Sequence record: SRR20825006_2606 | DNA: 44,988 bases | Strand: one strand, 5' to 3' | Shown: piece after piece, positions 7,978-17,760 of the stretch | Numbering within the stretch: the stretch's first letter is position 1 | Layout of the letters: every line of letters starts with the position of its first letter | Program-made: the position numbers and the translations under genes | The notes under the pieces: model-generated | The model's database searches: none | What the model was told of the DNA's origin: nothing | The model's input: the letters and a program-made list of their open reading frames with translations, nothing else

Positions 7978-10900
7978 ATGTATTTAATTTTTGATACCGA
8001 AACTACCGGTTTACCACAAAACTATTCAGCACCAATTACAGATTTTGATAATTGGCCACGATTGGTTCAATTAGCGTGGCAACATCACGATCATACTGGC
8101 AAGTTAATTTCGAGTGGAAATTATATCATAAAACCTGAAGGTTTTACCATTCCTTATAACTCAGAGAAGATACATGGTATTTCTACTCAAAAGGCCATCG
8201 ACGAAGGGCATGATTTAGAAACGGTTCTACATATTTTCCGAAAAGAGATAGATAAAACATTTTTCTTAATAGGCCATAATGTAAGCTTTGATGAGAAAGT
8301 GATGGGAGCCGAATATTTGCGGAAGATGATTCCATCTGCAATTATCTCTAAACCTAAAATTGACACTAAAGACGAGAGCACACAATTTTGTGCAATTCCA
8401 GGTGGTAGAGGTTTTAAATGGCCTACACTGTCTGAATTACATAGAAAATTATTTAATTACGATTTTGCGGACGCTCACGATGCTGCAGCCGATGTGGAAG
8501 CAACTACAAGGGCTTTCTTGGAACTTGTTCTCCTAGGTGTAATTCAAGTTAATTTTCCTCTAGATGCTCGACTCTACGAACCATCTGCTAGCTATATAGT
8601 TCGAGAGAATTATATCGACTTAGTTTCCCCATCTCGACTAAAAAAAAAAGATGAGGATTTAAAAGAAAAGGAATCAGTCGAGCTCGTTTCTGAAGAGGAA
8701 ATTATAGAAGTAGCTCAAGATTTTGCATTTACTCATCTTCATTGTCATTCTAAATTTTCAGTACTTCAAGCTACTGCTGGTGTAAAAGAACTGGTAAATA
8801 AAGCGAAGGAGGAAGGAATGCCCGCGGTAGCCCTTACAGATTTGGGTAACATGTACGGCGCTTTTTCATTTGTTGATGCTGCTAAAAATGCGGGAATTAA
8901 ACCTATTGTAGGTTGTGAATTCTATTTAGTGGACGATCGGAATCAAAAGAAGTTTACTAGAGAAAATCGAGATAAACGGTATCAGATTCCAATGCTGGCA
9001 AAAAACCAGAATGGTTATAAGAACCTCGCAAAAATCAGCTCCATTGCCTTTACCGAAGGGTATTACTATAAATTTCCGCGTATTGATAAGGAGATTATTA
9101 AGCAATACAGTGCTGATATTATCTGTTTGAGCGGTGGCCAGCGTGGCATTATTGCAGATCTAGTTCTGAACAAAGGAGAAGCTTTTGCTGAAGAAGAATT
9201 GCTTTGGTGGAAGGATATTTTTGGGGATGATTTTTATCTAGAAGTGATGAATCACGGGCTGGATGAAGAACTTAGAGTAAATGAAGTTTTTAGAGAGTTC
9301 TCTCGTAAGCATAACGTGAAATTGGTTGCTTCAAATAATGCTTTTTATCTGGAGAAAGAAGACTCGGCTGCACACGATGCATTAATTTGTATTGATAGCG
9401 GAACTTTGGTAAGTACACCTATTGGTAGAGGTAGAGATTTTAGATATGGCTTCCCTAACAAGGAGTTTTATTTCAAAACTACAGCGGAGATGTTGGAATT
9501 ATTTCCAGAGATGCCCGAGGCCGTTACAAATACTCAAGAAATTGTAGACAAAATAGAGACAATCACGCTTGCTAGAGATGTGATTTTACCGAATTTTGAA
9601 TTACCAGAAGGCTTCACTTCTGAAGATGACTATCTACGGCATTTAACGATGGTGGGTGCAAAACCTCGTTACGCCGACTTTAACGATGTTGTTAAAGACC
9701 GAATAGAGATGGAGCTGGGAATTATCAAGAACATGGGCTTTGCTGGGTACTTCTTGATTGTGCAAGATTTTATTGCAGCAGCTCGTGAAATGGGAGTGTA
9801 TGTAGGGCCTGGTCGAGGTTCTGCGGCTGGCTCTGTAGTTGCTTACTGTACAGGAATTACAAACATTGATCCATTAACGTACGATTTACTCTTTGAGCGT
9901 TTTCTAAACCCTGAACGTGTAAGTATGCCCGATATCGATATCGATTTCGATGATGATGGAAGGCAAAAAGTAATTGAATATGTGGTAAATAAATATGGTA
10001 AAAACCAAGTAGCTCATATTATTACGTTTGGTTCTATGGCAGCAAGATCTTCGGTTAGAGATGTTGCACGAGTGTTAGATCTGCCATTATTTGATGCAGA
10101 TAGAATTGCGAAGTTAGTTCCTGAAAAACCAGGAACCTCTTTAGACGATGCATTTAAGGAAGTTAAAGAGCTTCGAGAACTCAAAGCAGGTGAAGGCTTA
10201 GAAGCCGAAACGCTAAAGATGGCGCATGTACTTGAAGGTTCTGTTAGAAATACCGGAATTCATGCTGCAGGTATAATTATTGCACCATCCGACCTTACCG
10301 AATATATACCAGTTAGCACCGCAAAAGACGCTGAGCTTAATGTCACCCAGTTTGATGGTAGTGTGATAGAAAGCGCAGGTATGTTAAAAATGGATTTTCT
10401 AGGTCTTAAAACACTTTCAATCCTAAAAACAGCAATTGGCTACGTTAAAGAGAATTTTGGGAAAGTATATAATTTAGACGATATCTCATTAACGGATGAG
10501 AAAACTTACAAGCTCTATCAGAAGGGTGGTACTTTAGGAACCTTCCAGTTTGAAAGTGAGAATATGAGGAAGTACCTCAAAGAATTGAAGCCTTCAAATA
10601 TAAATGATTTGATTGCTATGAACGCATTGTACCGTCCAGGGCCAATGCAGTTCATTCCCGATTATATTAAAAGAAAGCACGGCTATGAAAAAGTTGAATA
10701 CGATCACGAATATATAAGAGGTATTCTAGAGCCTACTTTTGGTATTATGATTTATCAAGAGCAGATAATGAGTTGCGCCCAGAAGCTTGCTAATTACTCC
10801 TTAGGAGATGCGGATTTACTTCGCCGAATAATGGGTAAGAAAAAGCACGAAGAAATGGTGAAACAAGAGAAAATCTTTGTTGAGCGTGCCATTGAAAACG

Positions 10901-12183
10901 GTATTGAGCCAAAAGTAGCTAAAGATATTTTCGATAAAATGGCCATGTTTGCTAGTTATGGCTTCAATAAATCTCACTCTGCTGCTTATTCTGTTGTTGC
11001 TTATCACACCATGTATTTTAAAGCAAATTATCCTGCTGAATATATGGCTGCGGTGATGAGCCATAATATGAGTGACATCAAAAAGATTGCCTCTTTTATA
11101 GAAGAATGTCAAAAAATGAACATTCCGGTAGATCCTCCAAATATAAATACAGCTCGTGGCAAATTCGTTGCCAAAGAAGGTAGAGTTCAGTACGGAATGT
11201 CGGCAATTAAAGGAGTTGGATCATCAGCATTACAACACATTGTTGAAGAAAGAGAAGTGAATGGGTTATTCGAAAGTATATTCGACTTTGCTACTAGAGT
11301 TGATTTAAGAATATGTAATCGACGAACACTCGAAAGTCTAATTTCTGCTGGTGCTTTTGATGAACTAGATGACAACCGAGCTCAACTTCTTTCTGGGGTT
11401 GAAGATATTTTGTCATACGCTAATAGAAAGCAAGAAGAAAAGCGTATGAATCAGGTTAATTTGTTTGGAGGTGCCTCCGGCGGCGGTATAGCTCAAGAAC
11501 CGAAATTAAAACCAGTTCCAAAGTGGAGCCAAATTGAGCGACTTAATAATGAACGGGAACTTATAGGCTTTTACTTAAGTGGACATCCATTAAATAAATA
11601 TTCGGAAGAACTTAGATTATTTGGTAAACAGAATTTGGGTGAAGAGTGTATTAATAGACTCCAACATGAGTCCATTATTAACTTTATAGCCATTATAACT
11701 GCCAAACGCCAATTTACCGATAAAAGAGGAAGGCCTATCTCAATCCTTTCAGTTGAAGATTTATATTCTTCGTTAGATATAGCCGTGTTCAGTAAAGAGT
11801 ATGATAAGTTTGCTCCACTTTTAGAAGTAGATAACGTAGTTTACATTACAGGGAAATTCACCAAATCAGAAAGAGGCGATAGAGTAAGTGTTATTTCTGT
11901 TGAACGAATTGAAAACTTACGCGAAAGGTTCCAAGATAGATTGCGACTTAAAATAGACATTAAAACCGAAGGCCTAACGGTTGGTGATGTTACAAAGATG
12001 GAAACTTTGTTCCAGCTAAATAAGGGGAATACAATGGTGAAACTAGCAGTTCATAGCAAAGAAGCTAATGCTCCGATAAAGATGAATGTGCGTAATTATG
12101 TTGTAGAACCAAACAACGAATTACTAAAGGGATTGCGTGATGTTTTGGGTGAAGATTGTGTAGAATTGGAGTTTGCGTCATAA
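7978..12183 (+). CDS. dnaE: DNA polymerase III alpha subunit with fused N-terminal DEDDh 3'-5' exonuclease
   Basis: 1401 aa; FDTETTG/GHNVSFD/AHDAAADV exonuclease motifs; HLHCHS PHP start; GPGRGSAAGS, MPDIDIDF, KMDFLGL, YGFNKSHS DnaE motifs. Confidence 0.97.
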   Translation: MYLIFDTETTGLPQNYSAPITDFDNWPRLVQLAWQHHDHTGKLISSGNYIIKPEGFTIPYNSEKIHGISTQKAIDEGHDLETVLHIFRKEIDKTFFLIGHNVSFDEKVMGAEYLRKMIPSAIISKPKIDTKDESTQFCAIPGGRGFKWPTLSELHRKLFNYDFADAHDAAADVEATTRAFLELVLLGVIQVNFPLDARLYEPSASYIVRENYIDLVSPSRLKKKDEDLKEKESVELVSEEEIIEVAQDFAFTHLHCHSKFSVLQATAGVKELVNKAKEEGMPAVALTDLGNMYGAFSFVDAAKNAGIKPIVGCEFYLVDDRNQKKFTRENRDKRYQIPMLAKNQNGYKNLAKISSIAFTEGYYYKFPRIDKEIIKQYSADIICLSGGQRGIIADLVLNKGEAFAEEELLWWKDIFGDDFYLEVMNHGLDEELRVNEVFREFSRKHNVKLVASNNAFYLEKEDSAAHDALICIDSGTLVSTPIGRGRDFRYGFPNKEFYFKTTAEMLELFPEMPEAVTNTQEIVDKIETITLARDVILPNFELPEGFTSEDDYLRHLTMVGAKPRYADFNDVVKDRIEMELGIIKNMGFAGYFLIVQDFIAAAREMGVYVGPGRGSAAGSVVAYCTGITNIDPLTYDLLFERFLNPERVSMPDIDIDFDDDGRQKVIEYVVNKYGKNQVAHIITFGSMAARSSVRDVARVLDLPLFDADRIAKLVPEKPGTSLDDAFKEVKELRELKAGEGLEAETLKMAHVLEGSVRNTGIHAAGIIIAPSDLTEYIPVSTAKDAELNVTQFDGSVIESAGMLKMDFLGLKTLSILKTAIGYVKENFGKVYNLDDISLTDEKTYKLYQKGGTLGTFQFESENMRKYLKELKPSNINDLIAMNALYRPGPMQFIPDYIKRKHGYEKVEYDHEYIRGILEPTFGIMIYQEQIMSCAQKLANYSLGDADLLRRIMGKKKHEEMVKQEKIFVERAIENGIEPKVAKDIFDKMAMFASYGFNKSHSAAYSVVAYHTMYFKANYPAEYMAAVMSHNMSDIKKIASFIEECQKMNIPVDPPNINTARGKFVAKEGRVQYGMSAIKGVGSSALQHIVEEREVNGLFESIFDFATRVDLRICNRRTLESLISAGAFDELDDNRAQLLSGVEDILSYANRKQEEKRMNQVNLFGGASGGGIAQEPKLKPVPKWSQIERLNNERELIGFYLSGHPLNKYSEELRLFGKQNLGEECINRLQHESIINFIAIITAKRQFTDKRGRPISILSVEDLYSSLDIAVFSKEYDKFAPLLEVDNVVYITGKFTKSERGDRVSVISVERIENLRERFQDRLRLKIDIKTEGLTVGDVTKMETLFQLNKGNTMVKLAVHSKEANAPIKMNVRNYVVEPNNELLKGLRDVLGEDCVELEFAS

Positions 12184-12286
12184 ACTCTTGCAATACAGTT
12201 AATAACTACAAACAATGTGCAACTTGGTTCTAAAATTCACGATATTTGTTCACGAAAAAGATATTAATAAAACTTAGGTAACCTTG

Positions 12287-12613
12287 ATGGGAAAATCATT
12301 AGAATTTACAGATAGCAACTTTGAAGCTGAAGTAGTTAACTCAGATAAACCTGTACTTGTCGATTTTTGGGCAGAATGGTGCGGTCCTTGTCGTATGATT
12401 GGACCAGTTGTTGAAGAAATGGCTGGCGAATACGAAGGTAAAGCAAAAATTGGGAAAGTTAACGTTGATAACAATCCAGAGATTTCAGTGAAATACGGTA
12501 TTCGTAGTATTCCAGCGTTACTAATTTTCAAAGATGGGCAAGTAGTGGATCAAATTGTAGGTGCTGTCCCAAAAAGTCAGTTGACAAAACAACTTGATGC
12601 TCAGTTAGCATAA
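12287..12613 (+). CDS. trxA: Thioredoxin
   Basis: [10 protein letters not shown] active site; ATG at 12287 preferred over TTG at 12284. Confidence 0.95.
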   Translation: MGKSLEFTDSNFEAEVVNSDKPVLVDFWAEWCGPCRMIGPVVEEMAGEYEGKAKIGKVNVDNNPEISVKYGIRSIPALLIFKDGQVVDQIVGAVPKSQLTKQLDAQLA

Positions 12614-12633
12614 GTATTGCTAGATGATCTTTG

Positions 12634-12668
12634 AAAGCCGTTTTATTTACTTAAAACGGCTTTTTTTT
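12634..12668 (+). terminator. Intrinsic terminator after trxA (possibly bidirectional)
   Basis: AAAGCCGTTTTA-N6-TAAAACGGCTTT with T-run; lies between convergent genes. Confidence 0.85.
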
Positions 12669-12694
12669 ATTCAATTATTAGTAGGGAAAAATGG

Positions 12695-13102
12695 TTAATT
12701 TGGCAGTTTAAATTTTAGCACCAATCTCCTACCATCATTTTGATAAAGAACTTCATCAGCAAATTCTCCCATCAAAAACACTCCACGACCGCTTGTTTTT
12801 AGAAGGTTTTCTTCGGCAAGAGGATCGGGAATCGCTTCTGGAATAAAACCATCACCTTCATCGTCTGTAGAAATACTTAGAGTGTTACCATCATAATCAG
12901 CTATAATGGTAACTTTTTTTGATGCGTCGAGCTTATTTCCATGAATAACCCCATTAGTAGCTGCTTCGCTAACGGTAAGCATCAATTTAGCGTAAAATTC
13001 GTCATCAAAATTTAGCTCAGCTTGGAGGTCGTTTAAGAGTCCTTCAACTTTTTCAAGTTCCTCGTAGGTTGAGTGTAAAACTAGTTGTTTCCGTAAGTTC
13101 AT
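12695..13102 (-). CDS. RsbW-like ATP-binding protein / anti-sigma Ser/Thr kinase (HATPase_c_2)
   Basis: 135 aa; N-box SEAATNGVIHGN, G1 DDEGDGF, G2 SGRGVFLM. Confidence 0.85.
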   Translation of the reverse strand: MNLRKQLVLHSTYEELEKVEGLLNDLQAELNFDDEFYAKLMLTVSEAATNGVIHGNKLDASKKVTIIADYDGNTLSISTDDEGDGFIPEAIPDPLAEENLLKTSGRGVFLMGEFADEVLYQNDGRRLVLKFKLPN

Positions 13103-13105
13103 CTA

Positions 13106-14413
13106 TTATGCATAAATTCCGCGCAGTTTTAATGTGGTTGCCACGCGATCTATTGCATACACATATGCCGCTTGACGAAGTGTAATACTATACTTTTCAC
13201 TTACCATAAACAAGTTATCGAAAGATTCTCTCATCATTCTATTAAGTCTTCGATTTACACGTTCTTCTGTCCAGAAATAACCGTGTCTATCTTGAACCCA
13301 CTCAAAATATGATACTGTTACACCGCCCGCATTTGCGAGAATATCGGGAATAACCATGATCCCTTTTTCTTCTAGAATTTTATCCGCATTTGCAGTTACA
13401 GGTCCATTGGCACCCTCAGCTATAATTTTAGCTTTTATCCTAGGAGCATTTTCTTTATTAATTTGATCTTCTTTGGCAGCAGGGATGAGTACATCGCACT
13501 CAAGTTCAAGAAGTTCTTTATTTGATATAGACTCTGCACCAGGGAATCCTTCAAGAGAAAAACCGTGATCTTTTGAATAATCCAAAGCCTCTGGAATATC
13601 AATACCATTAGGATTGTAGTATCCACCGCTAACATCACTAATCGCAATTACACGAGCGCCTTGCTCATAAATAAGTTGTGCCGAAACCGAGCCAACATTT
13701 CCAAAACCTTGTACAACAACAGTAGCATTACTTGGCGAAATACGAAGTTTACTAAGCCCAGCAAGCGTGGTTGTAATTACTCCACGTCCAGTAGCCTCTT
13801 TCCGACCTTTAGAACCTCCTAAAATAATTGGTTTTCCAGTAACAACAGCAGTTTCATTTTTATGACTCTTCATGCTGTAAGTGTCCATAATCCACGCCAT
13901 CGTCTGTTCATTGGTATTCATATCAGGAGCGGGGATGTCTCTATCAGGGCCAAAAACATCAAACATGCTTGCGGTATATCGCCTTGTTAAACGCTCAAGT
14001 TCATGGATAGATAGTTCCTTAGGATTAACGCGAATGCCACCTTTAGCTCCTCCAAATGGAACGTTTACACAGGCACATTTCCATGTCATCCATGCAGCAA
14101 GGGCTTTTACTTCGTCTAGGGTTACATCGTCTGCGTAGCGGATACCACCTTTAGATGGGCCTAGAATACTATTATGAATAACTCGATATCCTTCAAAAAC
14201 TTCAATTCTTCCATCATCCATTGTAATGGGAATAGAAACTATTACAACTTTTTCAGGGCTAGAAAGGTATTTAAAAACTCCTGGGTTTAAATCTAATATT
14301 TCGGATGCGAAACGGAATCGCTCCATCATAGATTCAAAGGGAGATTCATTTTCAAGATGGGGCGCAGGCTCTTTGTAATAGCCATTAACTAGCGCGTCTT
14401 TAGGTTGGGGCAT
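13106..14413 (-). CDS. gdhA: Glutamate dehydrogenase (Glu/Leu/Phe/Val dehydrogenase family)
   Basis: [59 protein letters not shown] motifs. Confidence 0.92.
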   Translation of the reverse strand: MPQPKDALVNGYYKEPAPHLENESPFESMMERFRFASEILDLNPGVFKYLSSPEKVVIVSIPITMDDGRIEVFEGYRVIHNSILGPSKGGIRYADDVTLDEVKALAAWMTWKCACVNVPFGGAKGGIRVNPKELSIHELERLTRRYTASMFDVFGPDRDIPAPDMNTNEQTMAWIMDTYSMKSHKNETAVVTGKPIILGGSKGRKEATGRGVITTTLAGLSKLRISPSNATVVVQGFGNVGSVSAQLIYEQGARVIAISDVSGGYYNPNGIDIPEALDYSKDHGFSLEGFPGAESISNKELLELECDVLIPAAKEDQINKENAPRIKAKIIAEGANGPVTANADKILEEKGIMVIPDILANAGGVTVSYFEWVQDRHGYFWTEERVNRRLNRMMRESFDNLFMVSEKYSITLRQAAYVYAIDRVATTLKLRGIYA

Positions 14414-14740
14414 TAGATGATATAAAAGATTGTCAGTATAGTTGAAAAAGCGCTTCCAAATATAAGAATTAAGTATAATAATTATACTAAAATGTTGAAA
14501 TATATAATATAATTATTGAGATGTTGAGGAAAACTTAAATAAAATCCTTTAAAACGATATTTAAAATAATATGGAAAAGAGAAAATCGATAAAATTACAA
14601 TATGGGACGTCTTTTGTTTACAACAGAATTATCCATATTGAGTTGAATATTCTTATAGACAATGAGCATAACTAATAATTTAACTTATTAGTTATTTGAT
14701 ATTAATGATCAAATATGACATTATATACTGATGGAATAGA

Positions 14741-14769
14741 ATTATAAGTGCATTTTAGACACTTATAAT
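14741..14769. promoter_or_regulatory. Perfect inverted repeat upstream of the HNH gene (operator or 5' leader hairpin)
   Basis: ATTATAAGTG-N9-CACTTATAAT, 60 nt before ATG 14830. Confidence 0.35.
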
Positions 14770-14829
14770 GATGGCATTCTTCAAATCGGAGTCGAGACAA
14801 GAGCTTTTAAATCTTTAAATGAATGCTTT

Positions 14830-15330
14830 ATGACCGCAAACGTATTGGTGCTTAATCAAGATTATCAACCGTTGAGTGTTTGCTCCATTCAACGATCTAT
14901 GAAACTGCTTTTTTTAGAAAAAGCAGAGTTACTTCACGATGACCCTAAAAGAGTTTTACGAACAACAAGAAGAGATTATTCCTATCCCTCAGTAATAAGG
15001 CTGAGAAACTATATTCGCGTTCCATATACAAGGTTAGTTTTGTCTCGGAGAAATGTAATGCGAAGAGATGACTTTACGTGCCAGTATTGCAATAAAAAAA
15101 CAAAACTTACTATAGATCACGTAATCCCAAAAAGTAGAGGTGGCTCTGATACTTGGGAAAACCTTACTACAGCTTGTGAGAGATGTAATGTTAAAAAAGG
15201 GAGCTTTACTCCGAAAGAAGCAAATATGGTTTTAAAAACCAAACCCTATCGTCCCATCGCATTTACTTTTTTTCGTGATATAAACGGTGGGGTTCAGGAG
15301 CCCTGGAAACCGTATTTGTACATGACTTAA
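14830..15330 (+). CDS. HNH endonuclease (small McrA-like family)
   Basis: 166 aa; N-terminal VLVLNQDYQPLS; RDDFTCQYC...LTIDHVIPKSRGG..WENLTTACERCNVKKG Zn/HNH motif. Confidence 0.9.
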   Translation: MTANVLVLNQDYQPLSVCSIQRSMKLLFLEKAELLHDDPKRVLRTTRRDYSYPSVIRLRNYIRVPYTRLVLSRRNVMRRDDFTCQYCNKKTKLTIDHVIPKSRGGSDTWENLTTACERCNVKKGSFTPKEANMVLKTKPYRPIAFTFFRDINGGVQEPWKPYLYMT

Positions 15331-15577
15331 TTATATTGGTGTGATCTTTTTCTGTATTTAGAATGTCCTATATGTAATATAGTTTTTACCGATTAAGTTG
15401 TGTTTGTAAAAGCATAAATCAGTCTTCAAAAAAGCTTATCTTATCTGATTACACAAGTGAAGCAAAAGCCTGATATTTGGGTTCATTTCTCTTAAGAATT
15501 AACGAAAATATTGAACTAGTTCTTGATTTATGATTCAAAACTACTCCAAATTCAGAAGCTAAAAAGAAGTTTATACA

Positions 15578-16708
15578 ATGAGCACAAAAGGAAGAGTATT
15601 AGTAGCCATGAGTGGGGGAGTTGACTCCTCAGTTGCAGCAGTAATGTTGCGAGAACAAGGCTATGAAGTAATTGGTATTACAATGAAAACTTGGGATTAT
15701 CACAGAAGTGGTGGTAATAACGGGAAAGAAACAGGTTGCTGTACGGTTGAATCGATGAATGATGCACGCCATATTGCCGTAAATCATGGATTTAAACATT
15801 TTATTGTAGATATACGGGAAGAATTTGGTGATTGGGTCATCGATCGCTTTGTTGGTGACTACCTAGACGGAAGAACCCCAAATCCTTGTGTGCTTTGTAA
15901 TACGCATATTAAATGGGCAGCACTTTTAAAAAGAGCGGATAACTTAGGCTGTGACTTTATCGCAACTGGTCATTATGCTAGAGTAAGAGAAGAAAACAAT
16001 CGGTTTGTGATTTCAAGAGGGTTAGATCCTAAAAAGGATCAATCGTATGCTCTTTGGGGGGTTGCACAAAAGCATTTAGCTCGCACAATTTTTCCATTGG
16101 GAAATTATCCTAAAACAGAAATTCGCCAAATTGCAGAAGATCACGGTTTATTGAATGTGGCTAATAAACCAGATTCATACGAAATCTGTTTTGTGCCCGA
16201 TGATGATTACCGCCGCTTTTTAAAAGATAAAGTTTCTGGCCTTGAAGAAAGAGTAAAAGGTGGAAAATTCGTTGATAAAAACGGAATTATTCTTGGCGAA
16301 CATGAAGGGTATCCTTTTTATACAATTGGCCAACGTAGAGGCTTGAATTTACCAATGGGTAAGCCTGTTTACGTTACTCATATCGACGCTAAAACAAATA
16401 CGATTACTGTTGGAGAGAAAGAGGAATTAATAAGTTCTACCTTAATAGCACGCGAAATTAACCTTTTGAAATATGATCGCGTGCCAACTTCTGAAATGGA
16501 AGTTACAGGAGCAATTCGATATAATGACGATGGAGCAATAGGGCATCTTACACAAACAGGTGATGACGAAATAAAAGTACATTTCCCTGCAGGTAGAGAT
16601 GCAATTACACCAGGCCAAGCAATTGTTTGCTATGAAGGCGACGATGTTGTAGCTGGGGGATGGATCAAAAAAGTTAATGTAGGCTTTGATGAACTAATCG
16701 ACTCCTAG
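15578..16708 (+). CDS. mnmA: tRNA 2-thiouridine(34) synthase
   Basis: AMSGGVDSSV PP-loop, TPNPCVLCN, ATGHYAR, KDQSY, YTIGQRRGL, ITPGQ motifs. Confidence 0.97.
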   Translation: MSTKGRVLVAMSGGVDSSVAAVMLREQGYEVIGITMKTWDYHRSGGNNGKETGCCTVESMNDARHIAVNHGFKHFIVDIREEFGDWVIDRFVGDYLDGRTPNPCVLCNTHIKWAALLKRADNLGCDFIATGHYARVREENNRFVISRGLDPKKDQSYALWGVAQKHLARTIFPLGNYPKTEIRQIAEDHGLLNVANKPDSYEICFVPDDDYRRFLKDKVSGLEERVKGGKFVDKNGIILGEHEGYPFYTIGQRRGLNLPMGKPVYVTHIDAKTNTITVGEKEELISSTLIAREINLLKYDRVPTSEMEVTGAIRYNDDGAIGHLTQTGDDEIKVHFPAGRDAITPGQAIVCYEGDDVVAGGWIKKVNVGFDELIDS

Positions 16709-16709
16709 A

Positions 16710-16735
16710 TGTAACAAGCTCGTCTTTACTACGTT
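16710..16735 (+). promoter_or_regulatory. Putative ECF sigma promoter for the 16771 gene
   Basis: TGTAAC-N16-CGTT, matching the generic ECF AAC/CGT architecture, 35 nt upstream of the ATG. Confidence 0.5.
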
Positions 16736-16770
16736 AGAAGGCAGCACTTCAACCAATTAATAATATAATT

Positions 16771-17553
16771 ATGAAAAACAGAATTTCTTTAAGCTTTATA
16801 CTCACTTTGGCATTTGTGATGTTTTCGCAAGTTGCTTCCGCTCAGTTTCAAGGGCAGATTAAAATGAATGTTTATGGCAATAGCGATGGTGATATTGAAG
16901 TGAACGAGGTTAATATGTATGTAACCGCCAATCGCATTTTTTTGAAAGGAGAGGATAAAGTTAGTTTTGCAGACGGAATGGAGTCGGGTGGCTTATTGAT
17001 TCGTAATGATAGCAAAGACTTTATTTTACTAATGAGCGACAAAGAAGCTTTGCAGATAACAAAATCTGAAATTGAAGGTCTTTTTGATATGGCTTCTATG
17101 GTAGGTGGAGGCAAGGCAAATGCCAAAATGGATGGTAAAGACGTTAAACCTAGCTATAGATACTCTAATAAGACTCGCACAATAAATGGGTTTAAAAGTG
17201 CCGAAATGATTGTGGAAGATTCTAGTGAAAAGAAAAAAGGTAGCTACCTTTCTATATGGCTAACTCCAAATATCGACATTAATTGGGGTATGCTTTCTGA
17301 GCCATGGAAAAACTTACCAGAAGAAGTTGAGACAACCGTAAACGGCATGTCCCGTGAAACCATCTTTAACGGAAAGAATTTCCCTACTCTAATAGAGTAT
17401 TATGATAGTGAAAAGGATGAAACTATAAAGATTATGGAAGTTACTTCTATTAAAGAATCAAATGTTGCTAAAGCAATGGTTCAAATTCCAGCAGGTGTAA
17501 ATTTAGTAGGGATTAGCGAACTAATGTGGAAAATGATGATGAATGATAATTAA
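16771..17553 (+). CDS. Secreted protein, DUF4412-like
   Basis: 260 aa; signal peptide ending ASAQFQG; FQGQIKM start, KTRTINGF segment and a C-terminal 'VQIPAG' typical of DUF4412-like proteins. Confidence 0.6.
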   Translation: MKNRISLSFILTLAFVMFSQVASAQFQGQIKMNVYGNSDGDIEVNEVNMYVTANRIFLKGEDKVSFADGMESGGLLIRNDSKDFILLMSDKEALQITKSEIEGLFDMASMVGGGKANAKMDGKDVKPSYRYSNKTRTINGFKSAEMIVEDSSEKKKGSYLSIWLTPNIDINWGMLSEPWKNLPEEVETTVNGMSRETIFNGKNFPTLIEYYDSEKDETIKIMEVTSIKESNVAKAMVQIPAGVNLVGISELMWKMMMNDN

Positions 17554-17582
17554 GACTTAGCATATCAACATATAATGATTTT

Positions 17583-17617
17583 AAAGGCTACTTGGATATT
17601 TCTCAGTAGCCTTTTTT
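17583..17617 (+). terminator. Intrinsic terminator after the DUF4412-like gene
   Basis: AAAGGCTACT-N12-AGTAGCCTTT with T-run. Confidence 0.8.
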
Positions 17618-17642
17618 ATGTCTGTGAATTAAAGCCTGGGCG

Positions 17643-17719
17643 AAAAAAGAACCGCCCATTCCTGGTACGGTTCCTTCTCTATCGCTGAAAATTTATCTCT
17701 GATATTAATGCTAGCAATA
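17643..17719 (-). ncRNA. Candidate ECF-sigma-dependent small RNA (sRNA-1)
   Basis: Own promoter CAATCC-N16-CGTA (17750-17725) and own terminator GAACCG-TACCA-GGAA-TGGG-CGGTTC-T6 (17673-17643); no usable ORF; insulated by terminators on both sides. The 5' end is estimated. Confidence 0.55.
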
Positions 17720-17724
17720 TAGAT

Positions 17725-17750
17725 TACGTACTAATGCATTAACTGGATTG
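17725..17750 (-). promoter_or_regulatory. Putative ECF (SigK-like) promoter of sRNA-1
   Basis: CAATCCagttaatgcattagtaCGTA; same elements and spacing as the motif upstream of the ECF sigma gene. Confidence 0.6.
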
Positions 17751-17760
17751 GATTTTGAGC

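Noticed and set aside
8341-8351. ATTATCTCTAA in dnaE, complementary to the sRNA-2 loop
   Set aside because: An 11-nt AT-rich match inside a CDS is plausible by chance.
7978-12183. Intein in the long dnaE
   Set aside because: Extra length is explained by the N-terminal exonuclease and linker; core motifs are contiguous and no intein splice motifs were seen.
12218-12243. TGCAAC-N16-CGAT ECF-like motif upstream of trxA
   Set aside because: Imperfect -10, and it overlaps a sequence that could equally be a housekeeping TAnnTTTG-like element; ambiguous.
14830-15330. HNH protein as an IscB/Cas9-like or defence effector
   Set aside because: 166 aa with no RuvC or PLMP motifs, no CRISPR array, transposon ends or defence neighbours; a common stand-alone family.
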